NCBI GenBank assembly: GCA_035341015.1
Contig: DAOQUL010000001.1
Location: 61,532 to 125,531 of the forward strand
Length of the DNA stretch: 64,000 nucleotides
Reading direction: 5' to 3'
From: Anaerolineales bacterium
Lineage (GTDB): Bacteria > Chloroflexota > Anaerolineae > Anaerolineales > UBA4823
In this document: piece after piece, positions 8,931-20,395 of the stretch
Numbering within the stretch: the stretch's first letter is position 1
Layout of the letters: each line of letters begins with the position of its first letter
The notes under the pieces: generated by a model
Seen by the model: the letters and a program-made list of their open reading frames with translations, nothing else
Databases searched by the model: none
Told to the model about the DNA's origin: nothing
Position numbers and translations under genes: made by a program

Positions 8931-9717
8931 GACCATTGACCTTTCCCTGACGATCAGTAAAGAAGAATACGAACGCGAGTTGGTTCGCTACCAGGTGGCG
9001 TTAAGCTCGCTAGGGTTTCAGGTTTATACCCAGCGCCGGCCCGTGGTGATGGTTTTTGAGGGTTGGGATGCTGCCGGTAAGGGAGGGGCGATCAAACGGG
9101 TGACCGAAAAGCTGGACCCGCGCGGTTACGTGGTCTATCCAATTGCGGCGCCCAAGGGTGATGATGCTACCCATCATTACCTATGGCGTTTTTGGAGGCG
9201 CCTGCCTGAATGCGGTCAGATCGCAATTTTTGACCGTTCGTGGTACGGGCGGGTAATGGTTGAGCGGATCGAGGGCTTTTGTACCGAAGATGAGTGGAAG
9301 CGCGCCTATCGCGAGATCAACCAGTTCGAGCGCCAACTGGTTGATTATGGTACGATCTTGCTTAAATTCTGGATCCATATTGGCAAAGACGAGCAGTTGC
9401 GGCGTTTTGAATCGCGATCGGGAGACAAGCTGCGCAGTTGGAAGTTGACGGACGAGGATTGGCGAAACCGCGAAAAGTGGGATCTGTATGCCCAGGCGGT
9501 TGAGGATATGATCCTTAAGACCAGTACGCTGAGTGCGCCGTGGACAATTGTTGAAGGGAACTCTAAGGATTATGCTCGGATCAAGGTACTTAAAACCTTG
9601 GTGGAGCATTTGAGCAAATCTTTGGATTATGACCCGTTCAAAGATCGCCGTGTTGATAAGCCAGGCAAAAACAAGAAGTCAGGTGTCAAAAAGAGTCGAG
9701 AAAAATCCGGTAAATGA
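8923..9717 (+). CDS. ppk2: polyphosphate kinase 2 family protein (second paralog, Lys-rich tail)
   Basis: Has FEGWDAAGKGG and DRSWYGRVMVERI. Its start overlaps the upstream stop by 8 nt. Confidence 0.85.
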   Translation: MLETIDLSLTISKEEYERELVRYQVALSSLGFQVYTQRRPVVMVFEGWDAAGKGGAIKRVTEKLDPRGYVVYPIAAPKGDDATHHYLWRFWRRLPECGQIAIFDRSWYGRVMVERIEGFCTEDEWKRAYREINQFERQLVDYGTILLKFWIHIGKDEQLRRFESRSGDKLRSWKLTDEDWRNREKWDLYAQAVEDMILKTSTLSAPWTIVEGNSKDYARIKVLKTLVEHLSKSLDYDPFKDRRVDKPGKNKKSGVKKSREKSGK

Positions 9718-11924
9718 TTGGCAGCCAGGTCATGGTCAAAAAAGCATCTACATCCATTGCGCAACCTCAAGTAGAGCCGCCACCGGCGGTGGATCTTGAG
9801 CGACCAGAATTATTTATAAACCGCGAATTGAGTTTGTTAGAGTTTCAGCGCCGGGTATTGCAAGAGGCGCGTGACGAGCGGAACCCTCTCTTAGAGCGAG
9901 TCAAGTTTCTCTCTATTGTCAGCTCGAACCTGGATGAGTTTTATATGGTTCGTGCGGCAGGGGTCAAGAAGCAGGTTGACGCGGGAATTTACGAGATCAC
10001 TGCAGATGGGATGTCGCCTGCCGAGCAGTTGGCCGCGATCCGCAAGCAGGCTACGCAGATCATGAACGAGTCGCGCGAATGCCTGAGCGACGAATTGATG
10101 CCTGCTTTGCGCAAGGCGGGCATCTACTTGCTAGATTATCGAGAGCTGACAGATAAACAACGCGAGTTTGCGGAGAGTTACTTTAAGGATGTGGTTTTTC
10201 CGGTGCTGACCCCACTGGCCTTTGACCCTGGTCATCCCTTCCCGCACATTTCAAACTTAAGCTTAAACCTGGCTGTACTGATCCGGGATAAAAAGGGGCG
10301 CGAGCACTTCGCGCGGATCAAGGTCCCGAGCACATTGCCACGCCTGGTTCCGATCAAGCGATCGTCTGGAGGGGTGCGCAGGGATGGCACCTCGCCTGCC
10401 AAGCATTATTTTGTTTGGCTGGAGCAGTTGATTGCCGCAAATCTTAAGGTGCTGTTCCCGGGAATGGTGGTGGAAGAGGCGCATCCTTTCAGGGTTACGC
10501 GCGATGCTGATATGGTCATTCAAGAATTGGAGGCCGCCGATTTGTTGGAGACCATGGAGCAAACTGTGCGCCAGCGACGTTTTGGTTCGGTTGTGCGCCT
10601 GACGGTGACGGATGCCATGCCCAGCCATATCCGTGAGATATTGTTGGAAAACCTTGAGCTGGATCGCAACGATGTTTATACAATGAATGGACCGTTGGCG
10701 CTCAGCAGCTTGATGAGCCTGCACAGCCTGGATCGTTTCGACCTGAAGGATGTTCCGTTCAAGCCTGCCTATCCAAACGGCTTGCATAAAGAAGACGATG
10801 CCGGCGATATCTTCGCGGCTATCCGCCGGGGCGACACGCTGCTGCACCACCCGTATGATTCTTTTGTACCGGTAATCGACTTTCTGCGCGCGGCTGCCAG
10901 AGACCCAGATGTGCTAGCCATCAAGCAAACCTTATACCGCGTTGGAAAAAGGCCACCGGTGGTAGATGTTTTGTTAGAGGCGGCTGAGAATGGTAAGCAA
11001 GTGGCCGTTTTGGTAGAGCTAAAAGCGCGTTTCGATGAAGAAAGCAATATTGGCTGGGCAAAAACGCTTGAGCGTGAGGGGGTGCACGTTATTTATGGTT
11101 TGCTGGGCTTGAAGACGCATTCCAAAATTGCCCTGGTGATTCGAAAAGAGGGGGATGGGATACGCCGCTATCTGCACATGGCAACCGGGAATTACAACGC
11201 GGTGACTGCCCAACTGTACGAAGACCTGGGGATGTTTACTTGTGATGATGATATGGGGGCAGACGCAACCGATCTGTTCAATTACTTGACCGGTTACTCT
11301 GCCAAAGAAAGTTATCGCAAACTGTTGGTGGCGCCGATCAATTTGCGTTCCAGGATGGAGGCTTTGATCCAGCGTGAGATTGACCACCAATTGCGCGGGG
11401 AGCCTGGTCACTTGATCTTCAAGGTCAATTCACTGGTGGATAAGGCGATGATTCAACACCTCTACCGGGCTTCGCAAGCGGGCGTGATGGTGGATTTGTT
11501 GGTGCGTGGTATTTGTTGTTTGCGTCCTGGTTTGCCCGGTATCAGCGAGAACATTCGCGTGACCAGTATTGTAGGGCGTTTCTTAGAGCACAGCCGCGTC
11601 TATTATTTCCGCAATGGGGGAGACCCTCAGGTTTACCTGGGCAGCGCCGACCTGATGCCGCGCAATATCGATCGCCGGGTTGAGGTGTTATTCCCGGTGC
11701 GCCAGCTAGAGATGATCCGGCACATCCGCGAGGATATCTTGGAGATGTATTTGAAGGATAATCTAAAAGCCCGGCATATGCTGCCAGATGGCTCATACTG
11801 CCGGCTGTACCCGGCTGAAAACGAGACGCCGCTCAACATTCAGGAATGGTTGATTGCACAAAGGCGTGAGGTTGTCAAAAGCCCTCCGCCCAAACCCAAG
11901 CTGATATTTGGAGACGATTTGTGA
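9714..11924 (+). CDS. ppk: polyphosphate kinase 1
   Basis: 736 aa with FINRELSLLEFQRRVL, two PLD-like HKD-type regions (HSKIALV..., EHSRVYYF) and typical PPK1 length. ATGA overlap with ppk2. Confidence 0.95.
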   Translation: MIGSQVMVKKASTSIAQPQVEPPPAVDLERPELFINRELSLLEFQRRVLQEARDERNPLLERVKFLSIVSSNLDEFYMVRAAGVKKQVDAGIYEITADGMSPAEQLAAIRKQATQIMNESRECLSDELMPALRKAGIYLLDYRELTDKQREFAESYFKDVVFPVLTPLAFDPGHPFPHISNLSLNLAVLIRDKKGREHFARIKVPSTLPRLVPIKRSSGGVRRDGTSPAKHYFVWLEQLIAANLKVLFPGMVVEEAHPFRVTRDADMVIQELEAADLLETMEQTVRQRRFGSVVRLTVTDAMPSHIREILLENLELDRNDVYTMNGPLALSSLMSLHSLDRFDLKDVPFKPAYPNGLHKEDDAGDIFAAIRRGDTLLHHPYDSFVPVIDFLRAAARDPDVLAIKQTLYRVGKRPPVVDVLLEAAENGKQVAVLVELKARFDEESNIGWAKTLEREGVHVIYGLLGLKTHSKIALVIRKEGDGIRRYLHMATGNYNAVTAQLYEDLGMFTCDDDMGADATDLFNYLTGYSAKESYRKLLVAPINLRSRMEALIQREIDHQLRGEPGHLIFKVNSLVDKAMIQHLYRASQAGVMVDLLVRGICCLRPGLPGISENIRVTSIVGRFLEHSRVYYFRNGGDPQVYLGSADLMPRNIDRRVEVLFPVRQLEMIRHIREDILEMYLKDNLKARHMLPDGSYCRLYPAENETPLNIQEWLIAQRREVVKSPPPKPKLIFGDDL

Positions 11925-11939
11925 TTGGCAATGTCTCTG

Positions 11940-11978
11940 ACGAACCAGCGCCGGCGTGTTTAGCCGGCGCTGGTTCGT
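11940..11978. terminator. bidirectional stem-loop between convergent ppk and degV
   Basis: A 16-bp perfect stem (ACGAACCAGCGCCGGC / GCCGGCGCTGGTTCGT) with a 7-nt loop. It lies 16 nt after the ppk stop and 5 nt after the degV stop. Confidence 0.65.
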
Positions 11979-11982
11979 GTTC

Positions 11983-12846
11983 TTAGATAGCTCCTCCACT
12001 TTTGGGCGGGGGCAAGAAGAAGGCCACCGCCAAAATGCCTGGCCCACCATGTGTTACAACAGCAGGAGGAAGATCGATAATAGGGATATGAGAGATATTC
12101 AACTCTGCGCGCAGGTCAGATGCCAGGATCATTGCCTCTTCGGGTACATCGGCGTGCATGATTGAAAGATAACCAGTCCCGTCTCCGGGGAGCTGCTGGC
12201 GGGCCAGTTCTTTCAGGCGCGCAAAGGCACGGCGGTATGTGCGCTCGCGTTCGAATTGATCAACTTTGCCATCTCGAAAGACCAGGATGGGCTTGATTTG
12301 AAGCAAATTGCCCAATAAGGCAGCCGCCCCGCCGATGCGGCCTCCTTTTGCAAGAAACTCCAGGGTCGAAACCATGAAGTAAATACGGCTGAAGGGGATC
12401 ATTTGCTCCAGGCGTTCTTCGATCGTGTCTGCGTCCAGGCCGCTGGCAGCCCACTCTGCGGCAAGCTGTACCAGGGTGGCTAGAGGGCTGCCTATGGTGC
12501 GGGTATCGATGACCCGAATATCGGCGCCAGGAAAATCTTGGGCGGCTACAGTGGCTGAGCGGACCGTGCCGCTCACCTCTGCGGATGGGTGGATACAGAA
12601 GATGGTCTGGTTGGTGGGCACAAGGCGTTCAAATTCTTTGACAAACAACTCGGGCGGAGGCGCAGCGGTTTTGGGTAATTGGCTGGCGACGCGTAGTTTC
12701 TTAATAAACTGTGCGTTGCTCAGCTCGATTCCTTCGTAATAAGATTCTTCACCAAAAGTAATGATCTGTGGAATGACAGGAATCTGGTATTTTTGAGCGA
12801 TCTCGGCAGGCAAACCAGATGTGGTGTCTGTGATGATGGCGGTCAT
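11983..12846 (-). CDS. DegV family fatty-acid-binding protein
   Basis: 287 aa; reads IITDTTSGLP... and has overall DegV-like collinearity. Confidence 0.8.
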   Translation of the reverse strand: MTAIITDTTSGLPAEIAQKYQIPVIPQIITFGEESYYEGIELSNAQFIKKLRVASQLPKTAAPPPELFVKEFERLVPTNQTIFCIHPSAEVSGTVRSATVAAQDFPGADIRVIDTRTIGSPLATLVQLAAEWAASGLDADTIEERLEQMIPFSRIYFMVSTLEFLAKGGRIGGAAALLGNLLQIKPILVFRDGKVDQFERERTYRRAFARLKELARQQLPGDGTGYLSIMHADVPEEAMILASDLRAELNISHIPIIDLPPAVVTHGGPGILAVAFFLPPPKSGGAI

Positions 12847-12983
12847 TTTTGCTCCTAATGATGGGTTGTAAAATGCCGTGCGAAATTTGGGTAATTATAC
12901 ATCGCTGGAGATGCCCTGGCTATTGAATAACTAGACAAGATTGGTTCTTTCAGGTATCATTTGACCGCTTTGACACTTTTCTA

Positions 12984-14069
12984 ATGAGAAGGGTTCAAAT
13001 GGATTCGACTCTAAATTTGCTTAAAGACTTGACAGAAGCCTCTGGTGTGTCGGGGTACGAAGCTCCCGTACGCGCCGTGGTGCGTAAATACCTGGAATCC
13101 CTTGGAAGTTTATCGCAGGACAAAATAGGCAGTGTGATTTGCCGCAAGCAAGGGGCTGAAACGGCCCCCAGGGTGATGCTGGCGGGGCACATGGACGAGA
13201 TCGGCTTCATGGTTAAGCAGATCACGGAGGATGGCTTTATCAAATTCTTGCCGTTAGGGGGCTGGTTTGACCAGGTTTTGTTAGGGCAGCGTGTGTTGAT
13301 CCAAACGCATAAGGGGAATGTGATTGGTGTGATCGGGGCGAAACCCCCGCATCTGCTACCAGCCGAAGAGCGCGAGAAGGTTGTCAAGCGTAAAGATATG
13401 TATATCGATATTGGCGCTACCAGCCGGCAAGAAGTGGAGACGGCTGGTGTGCGCCTGGGCGATCCGGTTGTGCCGCGGGCAGATTTTGTCGAAATGGCTG
13501 GCGGCAAGACCTATCTTTCCAAGGCTTTTGACGACCGGGTGGGCACAGCCCTGGTGATTTCAGCTCTGCAGGCTTTGCAAGAAAAGCCTCACCCCAACAC
13601 CGTTTATGGGGTTGCCACGGTAATGGAAGAAGTGGGGATACGCGGTGCGACCACCAGCGTGCGGGCCATTGATCCGGATGTGGCGATCGTCCTTGAATCG
13701 GATATCGCCGGAGATGTGCCGGGTATCAGGCCCGAAGATTCAGCGGTCAAACTGGGGCAGGGGCCTACCGTGTTGATCTATGACACCCGGATGATCCCCA
13801 ACTTGAAGCTGCGCGACCTGCTGTTGACTGTTGCGAAAGAGAATGATATTCCGGTTCAGATTTCGTCGATCGAGGGCGGCGCAACCGATGGCGGCGCGAT
13901 CCATTTGCACGGGATCGGCGTGCCCACTGTGGTGATCGGCGTGGCGGCCCGCCATATCCATTCGCACAGCTCGATCATGCATCGCGATGATTATGATTAT
14001 GCTGTAAGACTGCTTGTGGCCCTCATTGAGCGCCTGGATGGTGCAACTGTTGCCGGGTTAACTGAATAA
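12984..14069 (+). CDS. M42 family metallopeptidase (glutamyl aminopeptidase/FrvX/CelM-like)
   Basis: Motifs [24 protein letters not shown], plus a C-terminal HS..S motif. Confidence 0.85.
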   Translation: MRRVQMDSTLNLLKDLTEASGVSGYEAPVRAVVRKYLESLGSLSQDKIGSVICRKQGAETAPRVMLAGHMDEIGFMVKQITEDGFIKFLPLGGWFDQVLLGQRVLIQTHKGNVIGVIGAKPPHLLPAEEREKVVKRKDMYIDIGATSRQEVETAGVRLGDPVVPRADFVEMAGGKTYLSKAFDDRVGTALVISALQALQEKPHPNTVYGVATVMEEVGIRGATTSVRAIDPDVAIVLESDIAGDVPGIRPEDSAVKLGQGPTVLIYDTRMIPNLKLRDLLLTVAKENDIPVQISSIEGGATDGGAIHLHGIGVPTVVIGVAARHIHSHSSIMHRDDYDYAVRLLVALIERLDGATVAGLTE

Positions 14070-14085
14070 CATTTTCGGAGGTAGC

Positions 14086-15747
14086 ATGACGGATTTGATC
14101 AACCAAATAACCGCTGACCTGCAGCGGCAGATCGACGCCTTCAAGCCTTCTGCTGAAGTGAGTGATGTAGGAACTGTCATTGATGCCGGCGATGGCATTG
14201 CGCGCGTGCGCGGCTTGGATGGCGTGCGCTCGCAAGAACTGGTCCAGTTTGCCAATGGCGTGATGGGAATTGCATTCAGCCTGGAACATGATCATGTAGG
14301 CGTGATCATCATGGGTGATTATGCCGGCGTTGAAGAAGGCATGCTGGTTCGCTCTACCAACCGGATTGCTTCAGTGCCTGTGGGCGACGGGATGGTGGGC
14401 CGCGTGGTCAATGCGCTTGGCGAGCCGGTCGACGGCAAGGGGCCGATCAAAGCCAGTGGATACCGGCCGGTCGAGAGGATTGCCCCGGGTGTGGTACAGC
14501 GCAAGGACGTGGATACCCCGGTGCAGACTGGCCTGAAAGCCATTGACGCTATGATCCCTATTGGCCGCGGGCAGCGTGAGCTGATCATTGGTGATCGCCA
14601 AACGGGCAAGACCGCCCTGGCTATCGATACGATCATTAATCAAAAAGGGAAGAACCTCTTCTGTATCTATGTGGCCATTGGCCAGAAAAAGGCCGCTATC
14701 GCGCGCACGGTAGCCACGCTAGAGCGCCATGGAGCAATGGAATATACCACCGTGGTGGTGGCGGCGGCTGATGAACCGGCGGCTTTGCAGTATATCGCCC
14801 CTTATGCCGGCTGCGCGATCGGCGAAGAGTTCATGGAAACCGGTCGCGACGCGCTGTGCGTTTATGACGATCTTTCGAAGCACGCCTGGGCTTATCGCCA
14901 GGTTTCGCTGTTGCTGCGGCGTCCCCCAGGCCGTGAGGCTTACCCCGGCGATGTGTTTTACTTGCACTCGCGTTTATTGGAGCGGGCAGCGCGCCTGGCT
15001 GAGAAATATGTGATTGTGCCGGCGAATTTTGCCGATCCACTGGCTGAAGCCGGAGATGCAGTTGACGGCAAGGTTTATGATGGGCCTTTGGCCAAGCACA
15101 ACGTGGGCGAGGCGGTCAAAGCCATGCCCACGCCAGACAGTAACAAGGTGGTCAAGGTAAGAGGATCGGGCGGCTCGTTGACAGCTTTGCCCATTATCGA
15201 AACTCTGCTGGGTGATGTCTCGGCATATATCCCGACCAACGTGATTTCGATCACGGATGGTCAGATTTACCTGGAAAGCAACCTGTTCTATGCTGGCATT
15301 CGCCCGGCAGTCAACGTTGGCCTTTCGGTATCGCGCGTGGGTGGCGACGCCCAGACCAAAGCCATGAAGCAAGTGGCAGGCCGCTTGCGCCTGGATATGG
15401 CGGCCTTTCGGGAGCTGGCTGCATTTGCGCAATTTGGCTCGGATCTTGATAAAGCCACCCAAGGTCAACTGAATCGCGGCCAGCATTTGCAGGAAATCCT
15501 CAAGCAGCCGCAATACCAACCCATGTCGTTGGAAAACCAGGTGATCGAAATCTATGCGGGCACGCAGGGGTACGCTGATGCGGTGCCAATGGAACGGATG
15601 CGAGATTGGGAAATATCTTTGCTGCGTTACATGGAAACTTCGCACCCTGAGATTGGCAGATTGATTGCTGAAGAGAAGCGCATCAGCCCTGAGGTAGAAA
15701 CCAGGCTGCGTTCTGCACTGGATAGTTTCAAGGCCACCTGGTCTTAA
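14086..15747 (+). CDS. atpA: F1 ATP synthase subunit alpha (carries a ~40-50 aa loop insertion)
   Basis: Has GDRQTGKT (Walker A), [28 protein letters not shown] and [11 protein letters not shown]. At 553 aa it is longer than the ~500-515 aa typical. GGAGG SD upstream. Confidence 0.95.
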   Translation: MTDLINQITADLQRQIDAFKPSAEVSDVGTVIDAGDGIARVRGLDGVRSQELVQFANGVMGIAFSLEHDHVGVIIMGDYAGVEEGMLVRSTNRIASVPVGDGMVGRVVNALGEPVDGKGPIKASGYRPVERIAPGVVQRKDVDTPVQTGLKAIDAMIPIGRGQRELIIGDRQTGKTALAIDTIINQKGKNLFCIYVAIGQKKAAIARTVATLERHGAMEYTTVVVAAADEPAALQYIAPYAGCAIGEEFMETGRDALCVYDDLSKHAWAYRQVSLLLRRPPGREAYPGDVFYLHSRLLERAARLAEKYVIVPANFADPLAEAGDAVDGKVYDGPLAKHNVGEAVKAMPTPDSNKVVKVRGSGGSLTALPIIETLLGDVSAYIPTNVISITDGQIYLESNLFYAGIRPAVNVGLSVSRVGGDAQTKAMKQVAGRLRLDMAAFRELAAFAQFGSDLDKATQGQLNRGQHLQEILKQPQYQPMSLENQVIEIYAGTQGYADAVPMERMRDWEISLLRYMETSHPEIGRLIAEEKRISPEVETRLRSALDSFKATWS

Positions 15748-15768
15748 GCCCGCGAAGGCAAAGGCGCT

Positions 15769-18098
<2,330 letters not shown>

Positions 18099-18124
18099 CG
18101 CATTACCGGCGCGAAAGGTGTGCC

Positions 18125-18580
18125 ATGCCAATTCGTTGCGAGATCGTTTCTCAAGACCGCCTGGTGTTTGAAGGCGATGCAGATATGGTGCTTGTTCCTG
18201 GCGCATTGGGAGAGATGGGTATCCTTCCTAAGCATGCACCGCTGCTTTCTGCATTAAAGCCTGGCATTTTACGTGTAAGGGTTGCCGGGGGGCAAGAGCA
18301 TGCGTTCACTGTGACGGGTGGGGTTGTTGAAGTGCAGCCCGACCTGGTGACTGTGCTGGCTGATGCAGCCGAAAATGTCATGGAGATCGATGTCAAGCGC
18401 GCAGAACAAGCCAGGCAGCGCGCAGAAGAATTATTAAAACAGGGTCCTCCACCAGATACTGAGGCTTACCTGGCTATTGAGGCCGCGTTGAAGCGTTCCA
18501 CTTTGCGCTTGGAAGCAGCTAGGCGTTATTCCGGTCAGCGCGGTCGCCCGTTAGGTATGGGCGAGGATAAAAATCTTTAA
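18125..18580 (+). CDS. atpC: F1 ATP synthase subunit epsilon
   Basis: 151 aa with an N-terminal beta-sandwich signature (VSQDRLVFEGDADMVLVPG..GEMGILP.H) and a helical C-terminus. Confidence 0.85.
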   Translation: MPIRCEIVSQDRLVFEGDADMVLVPGALGEMGILPKHAPLLSALKPGILRVRVAGGQEHAFTVTGGVVEVQPDLVTVLADAAENVMEIDVKRAEQARQRAEELLKQGPPPDTEAYLAIEAALKRSTLRLEAARRYSGQRGRPLGMGEDKNL

Positions 18581-18582
18581 GT

Positions 18583-19590
18583 ATGGCACTTTTTTCAAAA
18601 GAATTAGGTATAGATCTGGGGACGGTCAACACGCGGGCGGCTGAGAGCGGCCAGATATTGGTTGAAGAGCCCACTGTCGCTGCAATTGTTGTGACCGAAC
18701 AGAAAATGGTGGCCTGGGGTCGTGAAGCTCAGGATATGCTGGGCCGAGTGCCTGAATCGATCGAGGTGTCGCGCCCACTGCGAAACGGGGTGATTGCAGA
18801 CTACCAGGTTGCTGAGACGATGCTGGAATACCTGTTCAAGAAGATCGGCGGCCCGCTTCCTTTCTTTCGCCCACGGGTGATGATCACTGTTCCTGACGGC
18901 GTGACCAGCGTAGAACGCCGGGCTGTCTATGAGGCAGCCCAACAAGCTGGCGGCCGAGAAGTGTTTTTGATCCAGCAGCCATTGGCCGCGGCTATTGGCG
19001 TTGACCTGCCGATTGGCACACCTTCGGGCAACATGATCTTGTGCCTGGGGGGCGGCGCAACCCAGGCGGCTGTGATGGCGATGTATGGCATTGTGGCTGG
19101 TGAAACGCTGCGGGCAGGTGGCATGCAGTTGGATGATTCGATCGTCTCTTACGTGCGCAAGAAATACGGCCTGATCATTGGCCAGCAGACAGCCGAACAG
19201 GTTAAGATCAAAATTGGAGCGGCCATCCCCCAGGATGACGAACAAAGCATGGAGATCCAGGGGCAAGACCAGGTTACTGGCCTGCCGCGCCCAATCACGT
19301 TGACCACGGGCGAGATTGTGGATGCTATGGAAGAGCCACTGCGGGCTGTGATCGAGACCGCCAGGCGTGTGCTGGAAAAAACCCCCCCCGAGCTGGTTTC
19401 GGATATTATTGACCGCGGCGTGGCGCTATGCGGTGGCGGTGCGCTCTTGCGAGGAATTGACCGGTTAATGACCAAAGAACTGGGCGTTCCGGCTTACCTG
19501 GTAGACAGCCCGTTGACCTGCACGGCCGAAGGAGCGGCACGCGGCATTCGGATGCGCGAAATTTTGCGCCGCAACTTGCCGGTGGTCTGA
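18583..19590 (+). CDS. mreB: rod-shape-determining actin homolog MreB
   Basis: Reads GIDLGTVNT, then PLRNGVIADY..., then CGGGALLRGIDRL. It starts 2 nt after the atpC stop. Confidence 0.9.
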   Translation: MALFSKELGIDLGTVNTRAAESGQILVEEPTVAAIVVTEQKMVAWGREAQDMLGRVPESIEVSRPLRNGVIADYQVAETMLEYLFKKIGGPLPFFRPRVMITVPDGVTSVERRAVYEAAQQAGGREVFLIQQPLAAAIGVDLPIGTPSGNMILCLGGGATQAAVMAMYGIVAGETLRAGGMQLDDSIVSYVRKKYGLIIGQQTAEQVKIKIGAAIPQDDEQSMEIQGQDQVTGLPRPITLTTGEIVDAMEEPLRAVIETARRVLEKTPPELVSDIIDRGVALCGGGALLRGIDRLMTKELGVPAYLVDSPLTCTAEGAARGIRMREILRRNLPVV

Positions 19591-19603
19591 TTCTGCCGAT
19601 CTT

Positions 19604-19650
19604 AAAACGAGAGTGAGGCGGTGCAAATGGCGCTGCCTCACTCTCGTTTT
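19604..19650. terminator. bidirectional intrinsic terminator between convergent mreB and rex
   Basis: A 16-bp stem AAAACGAGAGTGAGGC / GCCTCACTCTCGTTTT, with A/T runs forming U-tracts in both directions. Confidence 0.75.
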
Positions 19651-19676
19651 AATGATGAATGCACGGCAATCTGTGT

Positions 19677-20297
19677 TTATTCCAGATAAAAGGACATGCG
19701 TTGCAGATGGATTACTGGGTCGATATCTTGAACTTGAATGCCGGTTGGTACGGTCAAGTTGATGGGGGCATAATTCAGAATGGCTTTTACCCCAGCTTGA
19801 ACAAGCTGCTCTGTCACTGCCTGGGCTTGCTGAGCTGGTACGGCAAGCATGGCGATACGAATACCGGCTGCTTGAACAACGGGAACCAGGTTTGCAATAT
19901 CTTGGACGGTATATTCGCCAACCATCTGCCCAATCTTTTGCGGGTCACTGTCAAAGACCATGGCGATGTGGAAACCACGATTTGCAAACCCTTGGTAGCG
20001 AGCGAGCGCATGGCCTACATCACCGGCGCCAATCACCACCACATCCCAGACCCGGTTAACATGCAGGATGCTGCACAATTGATCGAGCAAGAATTCGATC
20101 CGGTAGCCTGTGCCTTGTTTGCCAAATTCGCCAAATTGAGAGAGGTCTTTGCGGATCTGGGCAGCAGAAATCCCAAGCTTTTCGCCCAATTCTTGCGATG
20201 AGGTGACTTGACGCCCTTCGTGTGCCATGCGTTGGAGGGTGCGAAGGTATAAGGGCAAACGACCAACAACGATATCGGGGATAGATTTATCTTCCAA
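19677..20297 (-). CDS. rex: redox-sensing transcriptional repressor Rex
   Basis: 206 aa with N-terminal [16 protein letters not shown] (winged helix) and a Rossmann GAGDVG motif. TTG start with GGAG upstream. Confidence 0.9.
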   Translation of the reverse strand: MEDKSIPDIVVGRLPLYLRTLQRMAHEGRQVTSSQELGEKLGISAAQIRKDLSQFGEFGKQGTGYRIEFLLDQLCSILHVNRVWDVVVIGAGDVGHALARYQGFANRGFHIAMVFDSDPQKIGQMVGEYTVQDIANLVPVVQAAGIRIAMLAVPAQQAQAVTEQLVQAGVKAILNYAPINLTVPTGIQVQDIDPVIHLQRMSFYLE

Positions 20298-20327
20298 GGC
20301 GGGCTCCAGTAGGGGCGATCGGTAGAA

Positions 20328-20345
20328 TTGTGCTTTTCACCACAA
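20328..20345. promoter_or_regulatory. candidate Rex operator (imperfect): TTGTGCTTTTCACCACAA
   Basis: A TTGTG-N8-CACAA palindrome 31 nt upstream of the rex start, in the rex/obg divergent region. It is weaker than the consensus TTGTGAA-N4-TTCACAA. Confidence 0.35.
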
Positions 20346-20395
20346 TGGTTTCACAAGTATATCACAATCGCCGCCGATGGTATAATCGATACATT

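Noticed and set aside
10263-10850. Long antisense ORFs inside well-supported genes. Examples are 10263-10850, 14974-15645, 17616-18206, 18604-19266, 19659-20201, 35308-35907, 37578-38081, 54429-55097 and 50749-51273.
   Set aside because: They lie opposite strongly motif-supported CDSs (ppk1, atpA, atpD, mreB, rex and others). Their compositions are Arg/Pro/Gly/His-rich low complexity, typical of shadow frames in GC-rich coding DNA, and they have no SD or promoter.
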